From: Diadema antillarum | Lineage: Eukaryota | Assembly: GCF_040938485.1 (NCBI RefSeq) | Contig: NW_027271554.1 | Coordinates: 1-64,000 of the forward strand | Direction: 5' to 3' | Length of the DNA: 64,000 nt | The notes under the pieces: generated by a model | What the model saw: the letters and a program-made list of their open reading frames with translations, nothing else | What the model was told of the DNA's origin: nothing | Databases searched by the model: none | Made by a program: the position numbers and the translations under genes | Shown: positions 52,258-63,800 of the stretch, piece after piece | Position numbering within the stretch: position 1 is the first letter of the stretch | Layout of the letters: each line of letters begins with the position of its first letter

Positions 52258-54355
52258 CTTTGAGTTCTAGTCCAATATAATCACAGAATCACCAAGGAAC
52301 ACTTATTCCCCTCAAAATAAAAGGAACACCCTTCAAACAGGTCACATAAGATTGAGGCTGTTTAGTCACGTGACAATGTACAAGGACTCATGACAAAAAA
52401 AAAAAAAAAAGACCAGTGACAAACATGTTTTCATATGCAGGAAAAGACACAGTAAATGATCAGTTTAATATTTCATTTCTTTGAAGGAGATTACATCATT
52501 CAATTAAATTTTCCATAATAGAACGGACACTGATTTCGCTATATTCTTAACGAGTGCGGGAGCGCGATTTGATATAACGCAACTATTTGAAACTCCGTAG
52601 GATTTTTTTTCCTGATATCCAAGTTACCAGATTAAACAACACAGGACTTTTTTTCCATTTTAAAACAAGAAATTCGAGTTGCTAAATCAAGAAATAAAGA
52701 AAAAGCTTCAATGAATTGGTACTTTGCGATATCAACGTTTGTTTTTGTTTTTTGTTTCAACATGTTCAAATTAGCATCTTCCGATCATTCTCTTTTTTTT
52801 TAAGTTTTGACAAAAGCAATTCTAATCTGCTAATTGAAGAAGAAAGAGTTGGCTGAATTCCATTGTCAAGCAAGGTCCGGGTAACACATTGCTATTTGTA
52901 AAAGACACAGACCGATATTACATCTGTCGCTGTCTTATCATCGTTGTTGTTTTTAAGAGAGAAAGAAAACCAAATGAGAGAAAATACAGATTTTTTACAA
53001 AACAAACCGCATCAGACTATCAGGCGTAGCAGTGGTACGACTGTCAAACTCTCTTCTCTATCAAACAAATCCAAGCAATGCCTTTGCCTTATTCTCGTGC
53101 GTCGGACTTTTGAGTTTATACAGGCTACACATTGTCAATAAAAACGCAAACTAAACTCCTCAAAATAAGTTCTGCAATCAAAGTTTGATATATCATATTT
53201 CTCTTATACCCTCATTATCTTTATTAAACATGACATCGTAAGAAAGCCTGGTTAATTATCTTTAAAATGACACCTCACTTGCTATGATTAGTGATTTCTT
53301 TGAATGTGTAAAACAGCTGAGTATGGGGACAGATTAAAAGTGAAAAGTCGCAACAATTCTGCTATTCATAGTGTAGAGTTTGGATGAAAAAGGCACTGGA
53401 GTAAGCAATGCTGAAATGGGAGCATTTTTTTTTTTTGGGGGGGGGGGGGTTCAAAAACTCCCATTTCCTAGACATTAGATGACTGTTTTGTCAACCTCTA
53501 TGTTGAATTTTAATCTGCAGAAACTGCTGTAGTTTATAATTCATGGATATTGGAATCTAATGATAATCTCATAATGCATTCTTTTCAAGCACATTTCCTT
53601 GCCTGAAACGACAAAGCAAATGCGAACTATACTGTTTGACATAACACGTTTGCTCTATTTTGCAACATTTCACATTTGACCATTCCTCATACTCAGTCAT
53701 ACTGTGCATTTCAGGAATGCATAATGTAAACAAGTGAGTTATCATTGTAAAGAAAATTAATCAGGCTTTCTTATGCTGTCACACTTTAATGAAATGATAT
53801 AGTTTGAAGAGAAATATTATTCATCAAATTAGAATTGCGGGACTTTTTTGAGGAGTTTATATGAATACAGATGAGTCTTGCTCAACTTCAAAGCTCAATT
53901 CAGATGCCTGCAAATGCCGAATCTGTAAAATAATAAAGATACTTAGCAGAATTTTCAAGACCAATATGCCGGTTTTCATCATGTCCTCATTTCTCAAGTC
54001 ATACTACAAGCGGTACAGTGTCTGATACGATTACCTTGGTCACCTTGTGGTCAAGTATTCAGTAGTTTTTAAAACGTGATACTTTTTTAACCTCATGTGA
54101 TTACCAGTATTTAATCTTGAATATTCAAAATTTGTTTGTGTAGCGTGAGTAACGGAAATGCACGGCTCTATCCGTTTTTGAATGCTCTACATGTTACAAG
54201 CACCAGTTTTCGATTCTCTGCGATAGTGCCAACTTTTATTACTTTGTCTTTATTTTCTCAAATGGAAAAGTTTTCCCGTCAAAAACGTCACACTGACGTC
54301 ATGACTACCGCGCTTTGTTTTCAATGTTCCGAATGGAAATAAAGCATAGTATTAC

Positions 54356-54361
54356 TTTATT
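54356..54361 (-). terminator. Candidate polyadenylation signal AATAAA for gene 2
   Basis: TTTATT on the + strand, about 110 nt past the stop. Actual use is not shown. Confidence 0.4.
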
Positions 54362-54469
54362 TTAATTCTAATTAGGATGAAAAAAAACCGAGCAATGTGG
54401 ACCCAGACATGTCAAGATATCTTTTTGTCGAGTGGAAGTTAGTATGCCACTGCCTATTGTCGTCGCCGA

Positions 54470-54643
54470 TTACCAGGCGGCATGATCCTGGCATTCCACG
54501 TAGTCGCAGGAGCAGCTGGTGATCATCGGCACGGTCAGGAGCTCCGTGGAGCCGTCCGGGCACGACATCAGGCGCGTCTCGTCCACGGTGGTCGGTCGAC
54601 AACAGGAGCACTCCTCCACCATCTTGAGTCTGCCGTCTACCAC
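54470..54643 (-). CDS. Gene 2 CTCK exon 2, last coding exon: VVDGRLKMVEECSCCRP...CPDG...CSCDYVEC...W*
   Basis: Pyrimidine tract then CACCAG|GTG, CSCC and CxC motifs, TAA stop. Confidence 0.88.
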   Translation of the reverse strand: MVDGRLKMVEECSCCRPTTVDETRLMSCPDGSTELLTVPMITSCSCDYVECQDHAAW

Positions 54644-54781
54644 CTGGTGGTCGAGACACGCCGGAGGGAGAGGAGGGGAGATCGGGAGTGTGACGAGAAC
54701 GTAAAATGTGATACATTCAAATAATGTGCATACAGACAATGTCACTAATTTACCAATAGAATAAACAAAATAGTAACACTT

Positions 54782-54814
<33 letters not shown>

Positions 54815-57800
54815 ATAATAATAATAATAATAATAAATATGATAATAATAGTCAATGATACTTATAAAGCTCTTAAATCTGTTAAAGATACTGTTCATCA
54901 TTGGGAGCAGTGATTCAAAAAGTTATCACATTTGATGTATACATGTATGTGTAGGTCAGTTGTATTACAAAACATTCTAACATACAACAATTTCACAATA
55001 AAGCCCAAAGAATAACGTGATATCACTATATTTCTCAATAAACCATAATAGTAAACGGTTTATTGTAGAAACAATTTTAGAATAACTGTTGCTCACATTA
55101 TGTATATTCAACAATGCTTGAAATTGATTATGATGACTAACATTTTTACATTGCTCGTTTCTATCCCTAACCTACATTTTAGAACTATATTTGAAGCACT
55201 AAAGCTGGGGTTTTTGTTTCACCTGCAGATGGTGAAAAATGCCTTCAATACTAGCTTTTCTAAGTGAATTTATACCAAAAAAATACTTCAATTTAAATAC
55301 AGCATCTAATTGCAACTGATTGACTAATTGCCCTACATCGACGTAAAGGGCAATTTGTCAATCAGTTGCAATGAAAACATCTCGACAGAAGAATGTCATG
55401 AATTTGAACAGCATCTAATTACCAAAATTGTGATGCACATGCCCGAAAAAAAAATTTAATAGACAGACAGAAACTCCTCTTATAAGAATCAGCATTATTC
55501 AGTTCAGTGATGAATATCTTTTTAATCACCTCATGGTTGAATCTGCGCGATGAAGGACAATAACCGGAGCACGAACGTAGATAGAGCGGCTCGAGCAGGG
55601 TGCAGTTTTTGTAGGTTATCACTGTCGCTTTCTCGTCGGTCTTCACGGAACAGGGCTCGCAGATTCCCTCGGGTGGGGTCGTACTCTCTTCGTATTTGGT
55701 GGTGGGCTCTACACACAAACAAACAAATAAACAAGCAAACAAACATTATGGAAAGTTATTTTACGATGGAGAATGATAGTACAATTATGTGAGCATCAAT
55801 TACTGATGTTGGCGCTTCGTATGTAGTCTTGGCATATCAATATTTTCTAACTTACAAATGGAGTGTATAATCTTGCTGCCAACTGGCAGTTAAAGGCCTA
55901 AATTCACGAAGGTGGTACAATCTTTATCCATAGTTTAAACCATGAACAAAAGATTTTACCAACTATGTGAATTCGAGCCTTTGGGTCACATCACATTCTT
56001 TAATTTTTTTTCTCACATTCTGAAATAAATGTAGTAATTCATAGTGCCCCCAGGGAAATCGAGGAAATTTCAATGATAACGAGTTATTTCACAAGGGCCG
56101 ATATCAAGACGATTGTGCCCGTAAGCATGGTAATAGTCCTACACAAAAAACACAAAAACTTGAGTAGTATTGTATAACTTATGGTCACTGAATCAATCAA
56201 GGGGCATATGATACGCATATCATATATACTGTACGTATTCGTATGATATACGATAAGGAACCTGTGTCCCCTTTCGATACACACAATGAGCTCTAAACTA
56301 GGGAGTTTTCGCTGACCTGGCGTACGGGTTGGCGTTTCCGACGGTGTTTCTGAGGGTGTTTCCGAGGGTGTTTTTGGTGGGGTAACCGAGGGCGTTTCCT
56401 CTGGTCTGGTCGTTGGTACGGTGGGCTCCAGTGGCTCCGTGGTGAAGCAAGTCACACCCACTGTGACATTTCGACAGCACAAGAACCTGCGGACAGAGTG
56501 TGTAGGGCTCCATAACATAAAGCTTCCTGCCAATGTTACAGTACGTGCAAATTGTCATGGGCTCAATATGAAAAGTGGCCCATACTGCCATGAGCTAGCT
56601 TTCTTCTACATGACATACTGAATTTTTCCCATCCTATTCGCACTCTTTGCCTCGCTTTGTTTGTTTGTTTGTTTGTTTTTTTTTGGGGGGGGGAGGGGAT
56701 GGGAGGTCTTTTGCTTATTTGTTAAACTCTGGTCTTGAGTGTGATTTGTAACTGATGGTGTTATTTTTTGACGTTAATGGTTAATGACAGATTTTTGTCA
56801 ACGATATCCCTTTTGGATGAATATTGTACATTTTGTTCTACTATTTGGTATGTGTCATTAGCCTTTAATCATTTCTTTTTCCTGCTGTCCCAAGGGAACT
56901 TCTTTCGAAACGCTTTGTTTCAACAACCCTACAAATTCTTGAGGCGTCAATGTTCAAATTTGAGAAAATGTAACTTCCGTGGTTAAAGTTCAGTCCGGTA
57001 TGATGTAATTGATGAAAATTGGTGTTTTATCATACTAAGCTTTGGTTGCTGATATTTTTTTTCTGTCATTGTATTTGTTTGGAATCACACAATCCAGAAA
57101 AATATAAGGAAAATAATTAAGCATCTCTACAAGGTTCTCTGCCCATGCTGTATAGACTAAACCCGGGCTTCGTATTCAGAAAGTGATATGAAAGTTCCTG
57201 AGTATATTAAGTGTCACATGGTGGTGATACTTTTTGAGACTTCCGTTTGTTCACAACACAAGTTCTTGGTATATAATATTATATACACATATAATTCATT
57301 TCATTTCATTTCATTTCCCACGAAAGTATACAATATGACATTTGCAAATAGACAAAGTAAAGTACAATGTGACTTTTGTATATTCAAATGAGATTCAAAT
57401 GTACGCCATTTTTTATAATGAAACAAAACATACTATTTGGTAAAGAAATGCATGGGCAAACTGTAACTGAATCGTAACAAAGAACAAAAGTCGGAAATGG
57501 AGGGGACGGCTAAAAAGCTTAGCTTGTAGAATGCAGTCCCCTCGTGAGTAGTTAATTGTAGTAGTAATCAAACGAATAGTCTCTAAATTGATATTTCATG
57601 TTACGTTTATACATAATATTATACGGGACTTCATCTGCAATAATAACTATATGTCATAAGTTTTCTGCTCAGTGCATGAGTTGACTGTCCTGATTTCAAA
57701 ATATAGTTTCAACTGAGTCACCTTCAATAGGGATGCAGTGTTTCCAATTCTTGCATTTTTTTCGAGAGCTAGTTTGGGTTGATCTTTACTCTGTTCTTAC

Positions 57801-60800
57801 CTTAGCGTCAGTAGAACAGACGCATACACCATAAGAGAAAAAATGAAGCACTCGATCTCTTATATCAATTATTCCTCACACGTCACTTCATAACCTCAAC
57901 AAAAGAAAACTAATTGATAGCTGTAGTATAAACGATACAATGGCAAAGGATATTTGTTGCTTGTTGTTATTACATATGTATCAATTAGTTTTCAATAGTA
58001 TTACAAGCAACATTTGTCAAGAAAAAAAGAAAAGAAAGATTCTCTCAGTTCTCTCACATTACCACGAAACATTTAACAGTGCGAAAATGATTACAATAAT
58101 ATTGATATTATCATTAGTTTAACATCTCATATCTGAAAAGATTATCAACGGCTAAATGAATAAATCGAGAACAGGCCTAATCTTTGAATAGAAGATGAAA
58201 TGACGTCTGAGGAATAAATAATGTAAAAGATCGAGTGTTTCATTTTTTCTCTTATGGCGTATGCGTCTGTTCTACTGGCGCTAACGTAAGAACAGAGTAA
58301 AGATCAACCCAAACTGGCAACGTCAATGCTTACTCGCCTTCAATGAAATGCCTTGAACCTCAAAAGAACACGATCGCGGTCGTGTTTTTGTTTACTCGAA
58401 ATCGTCATACAGGTATTGTTTGTGGGTCTTACAAAGTGTAGCTATTTGCAATGTAAGATTTTTATACTCCACTTGTTAGATAAACTTCCGGCAGTCCGAT
58501 TTATCTTTTGTGATAACTTTTCTTTTTTTTTACCGAGGTCGACGGCTGTTGGTTAGCTAACGTCCTAAAAGTGAGTAACCTAGAGGCTGAACACCTTGTT
58601 ATTGGCAGGAAACTCAGAAGTACCCCTACCTCACACGATAGTCCAGACAGATAGGTTGTGCGTCGGAGTGGAAGCACTTGAGCCCCTCCTTCACGTCACA
58701 CGTTAGGTCCTGTCCGACATCGTCCGCATCAAGGTAGGGCGGGGTAGACATCTGGCACTCGATGTCGACGGGGTTTTCGCAGATGTCCATCTCTTGACGG
58801 CAGTCGCCGATGAGTTCGAATTCGCCGAGGTCATACGGCGTAACTTTCCCGCCTCCAGCTTCATCGTCGCACCAGGGAGTCCACTCGCAGATCGTTTCGT
58901 TGCGGCATTCTTGCGATAACATTTTGAATAGTGATTGTCATTATCATTATTATTATCATTGTTATTGTTATCATTATTGTCGTTATTATCATTATTATTG
59001 TTGTTGTTATTATCATTATTATTGTTATCATTCATTTCATTCATTTCTGACGAAAGTATAATATACAATATGACATTTGCATATAAATAAAGTAAAGTAC
59101 AATGTGACTTTTGCATATTCAAATGTGATTTGAATGCACGCCACTATTATTATTATTACTACTATTATTACAACAACTACTACTACTACTACTATTACTA
59201 TTATTTGTGAGAGAGAAGGGAGATTGGAAATATTCTTTAAAATCAAATCGTTGTTTAATAGCGGATAGCAGTAAAAATTAATGTTGCAGAGTTACTCCAA
59301 AACCTGCTGTAAAAATTCCATAATGTCTAGATATATCGGAAAGTCAACCATTCATTATGAATTGATTTCCCCCGTCACACGCTCTTGCTCTCAAATTTGC
59401 TAGAACATAAAAAGAAGTTAGTCTCTTCCCATATATGGTATGAATGTATCATGATAGGGCATCATCCACATCAAATTCTGCTTTTGATCAAAGTATATTA
59501 TGCATTATGACGTTGAGCTTTCATACATATTATCGGGGACGGTACTGTTACAAAATTAAAAACTTCTAAATGGACTTTCACGTTTCACTGTTTTTTTGGG
59601 AGGGGAAGAGGGGGCATAACTTGTATTAATTTGTATGGATTTGTGACTGTACGTGGAGAAAAAAAGAAAACAACAAAATAAATATAGAAATAAAACTAAA
59701 CCAAAGCAAAGGCGTCATACACTAAGTCTTTAATGGCCAACTGGTGATCCAATTTAGAGTACCTTATTATCAACATAGAGTATTCATTTTCGATTGTTAT
59801 AATTGTTGTGACAGTATGTGCATTTAAAGATACCATAACCTCCCTGAAAACGAATACATAATGCATAAAACCGTATCAGGGCAATTACCCTCCCCTCGAC
59901 ATATTTCCTCTTCCTCCTCCTCCCCCCCCCCCCCCCATATTGTTATTGATAAGGTTAGAGTAAAGATTAGGGTTAGGGTTAGGTTTAAGGCTATAGTTTG
60001 GGTTAGGGTTAGGATTAGGTTCAGAATTAGGGTTACGGTCAGCGGAACAGTCTGGGGTAGTTGCCCAGGGGGTCATCGCTTTAGAACTTCAGAAAACAAA
60101 ATGTGGCTATATTGTTTTTATTTATTTCGAGATACCATGGTGGAGGGGAAAAAAGGACTAATGATACTGATATAATTGTGACTTCTCCGTTAGGTACGGT
60201 AGGATACCTGACATGTGCAAAACTGATTTGAAATAGTCCGCAAGATGGAGGTTTACGCATTGTTAATAAAGTGATTATAAGGTGAAAACATTGAGAAAAC
60301 AAACATATGGGTCATAATGGTTGATTTCCGTAGACTAATAATATCAAAATTTTTGCCTTAATAATTGACACAAGAAAACTAAATTTTTAGTATAGAATCT
60401 AGGCCATGTAGTTAGTTTCAATACCTGGAACTGTCGTAGTCTCTCCTTCAGATGGTGTGGTAGTTCCTGGAACATGTGGTGTTGTAGTTCCAGGAGCAGG
60501 TGGGGTTGTAGTTCCTGGAACAGGTGGTGTTGTAGTTTCTGGACCAGGTGGTGTTGTCGTAACTGGACCAGGTGGTGTAGTAGATCCTGGACTAGGTGGA
60601 GTAGTAGTTCCTGGAGCAGGTGGTGTTGTAGTTCCTGGAGCAGGCGGTGTAGTACTTCCTGGAACAGGTGGTGTTATAGTTCCGGGAGTAGGTGGTGTTG
60701 TAGTTTCTGGAGCAGGTGGTGTTGTTGTGGCTGGAGCAGGTGGAGTAGTAGTTCCTGGAGCAGGTGGTGTTGTAGTTCCGGGAGAAGGTGGGGTTGTAGT

Positions 60801-63800
60801 TCCTGGAGCAGGTGGTGTTGTAGTTTCTGGACCAGGTGGTGTTGTCGTAACTGGACCAGGTGGTGTAGTAGATCCTGGACTAGGTGGAGTAGTAGTTCCT
60901 GGAGCAGGTGGTGTTGTAGTTCCGGGAGCAGGCGGTGTAGTACTTCCTGGAACAGGTGGTGTTATAGTTCCGGGAGTAGGTGGTGTTGTAGTTTCTGGAG
61001 CAGGTGGTGTTGTTGTGGCTGGAGCAGGTGGAGTAGTAGTTCCTGGAGCAGGTGGTGTTGTAGTTCCGGGAGCAGGTGGTGTCGTAGTTCCTGGAGCAGG
61101 TGGGGTTGTAGTTCCTGGAGCAGGTGGTGTTGTAGTTTCTGGACCAGGTGGTGTTGTCGTAACTGGACCAGGTGGTGTAGTAGATCCTGGACTAGGTGGA
61201 GTAGTAGTTCCTGGAGCAGGTGGTGTTGTAGTTTCCGGAGCAGGTGGTGTTGTAGTCCCTGGAGCAGGTGGAGTAGTGGTTCCTGGAGCAGGTGGTGTTG
61301 TAGTTCCGGGAGCAGGTGGGGTTGTAGTTCCTGGAGCAGGTGGGGTTGTAGTTCCTGGAGAAGGTGGTGTAGTAGTTCCTGGACTAGGTGTTGTTGTACT
61401 TCCTGGAACAGGTGGTGTTGTAGTTCCCGGAGCAGGTGGTGTAGTACTTCCTGGAGCAGGTGGGGTTGTAGTTCCTGGAGCAGGTGGTGTAGTACTTCCT
61501 GGACTGGGTGGTGTAGTAGTTCCTGGAGCAGGTGGTGTTGTTGTCCCTGGACCAGGTGGTGTAGTAGTTCCTGGAGCAGGTGGTGTAGTAGTTCCTGGAG
61601 CAGGTGGTGTAGTAGTTCCTGGAGCAGGTGGTGTAGTACTTCCTGGACTGGGTGTTGTAGTAGTTCCGGGAGCAGGTGGTGTTGTTGTCCCTGGACCAGG
61701 TGGTGTAGTACTTCCTGGAGCAGGTGGGGTTGTAGTTCCTGGAGCAGGTGGTGTTGTCGTCACTGGACCAGGTGGTGTAGTACTTCCAGGACCAGGAGGT
61801 GTTGTAGTTCCTTCAACAGGTGGTGTGGTAGTTCCTGGACTGGGTGGTGTTGTTGTTCCTCTACTTGGTGGTGTTGTAGTTTCTTCCCTAGGTGGTGTAG
61901 TTGTTTCTCCTTCGGATGGCGTTGTTTCAGGTAAGCATGTTGGTGGCAGCGTTGGTGTGTCGCAGCAATAAAATCTAAGACAAGCAAGGAGAAAATCAAA
62001 GGGATGGTTTGCAGCTTTAAACTTCTTTGGAGATTATACACACCTTTGGCTTAATTTATAACATGGTTCAGCTCTTGGTAGAAAAGAATTAGCGATGAAA
62101 ATGAAATCAATAGCCTACTATTGCCAAATAAGATATAGAATTACTTATCCAGGAAGTTTTTCAGTGGATCTGTTTGGGATTAGTTAGGTTTCCATATCTT
62201 TTTTTCCTTTTGCAATGCCGTTTCTAAAGCATAACAGTATACCAATCATATCATCTGTGGTATTACTTTTAGTGGGAATGCACCTTACAAGCACTGCCTT
62301 TTAACATTCCTCCTCATTTCCAGCATTTCCGGACACATATAATATTCTGTAAATGTATCTGTAATTGTGCATTGTGATCGATGTAATTTTTGTATTAAAT
62401 TTCTGTAAAATATTCATATGTTTCTGTTGGAAATTTATTTTTTATTTATTTAGTTTAATATTTATCTATTTCTAATCTTTTGTCAGGGTAGCCCATTCAT
62501 CAATAAATAGTGGTCTTCCATGGAGCCCTGAATGATATTTATGAACATATGTACATTAAATAGCAAAAAAATGTATGCAGAAGATAAAACGTAGATACAT
62601 ACTGTACATTGCAAAGTAACATAAAAATACAGTGTATGTTGATTATGCCACAAGAGTTCACCAGAATGCTGACATAACAATAATATTAAAACGCTATTAT
62701 ACAGGAATGATTAGCTAGTCCAGAGTAAATTTGGTGTGTTACTTTATACAAATAACAACTTTGCCTAAACAATCTCTTAAATGAATAATATATGGAAGAA
62801 GCTGATCTGATTGAATAATCTATTTTTTTCCATTCAAGTAAAGAGGATACGATTGGGCTGCACTTGTGACAGTCAGAGTGAAATCTTGGCACACTTAGAC
62901 TTCCACTGTCTATCAGCCTTGTGGATGTTCATGTACATCACTAGGCTTAACTAAGTGTACCTGAAGGTATGAAGGTGCTAAGTTATGAACGCATTTATAT
63001 AACATCATCACGTGACTGAACTCGAAACGTTTGTCTAGTGTCATCCATTTAAGACTTCTGAATAAATCAGCCGACGGTGTGTCATATGTTTCGTCCAATA
63101 TTATTTGTGCTGCCTTCTTTTGAATTTTTTGTAGCTTAGTCGTATGGGATTGAAATCTGTTTGACCTAACAACAGAACAGTAATCAAATTGTGGTAACAC
63201 TAGACTGTTATAGAGTAATTTTAAGGATTGTTGGGGCAAAAAAAAGCCTTCGCTCTCTTTATCATACGGACACTTTTCTCGGTACGTTTACATACATTTT
63301 CGATTTGTTTAGACCATTTCAGTTCTTCATCTATTAAAACACCTAAACATTTGGTGAACTGAACCCTTTTAATCAGACTACCATTTGAAGAGTTTGTTCG
63401 CAAAAACCGACAAGTCCATTTTTGAAGATTTTGAAGTACGGTCTCTGTCATAAAGTTTTGCAAGAGCAGTTGATGTGGAATGAAATGGTCTAAAACCAGA
63501 TTGATTAGGGTGTAGTATATCATTTGCATTCAAGATTTCGCTCAGTTGTTGATGTACGGCCCTTTCGATAATTTTACTCACGGTTGGTAAGATTGAGATG
63601 GGGCGGTAGTTATAAATACAAAAAAGAATGTATTAAAAATGAAACTAGTTGATCTCATACCTGATTTGGTAATCCAGACATAGCTGCTGCTCTTTTGTAT
63701 GATTACAAACAAGTCCAGTCTCCACATCACATATCATGTCTTGACCTATAAACTCCCAATCGTAATTGGGTTCGTCTACCATTTGACATTCCGCAGCTAG

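Noticed and set aside
60457-61971. 504-aa elastin-like (VVVPGAGG)n ORF and 486-aa W/C/S/R-rich ORF on the + strand
   Set aside because: These are antisense shadow frames of the TTTPPAPG minisatellite. The minus frame has splice sites and continues the CysD motif (R|FYCC), while the plus frames have no such context.
62230-62365. Possible extra small exon of gene 2
   Set aside because: All frames from the nearby AGs hit stops quickly, and exon 63661 joins exon 61974 directly in phase 2.
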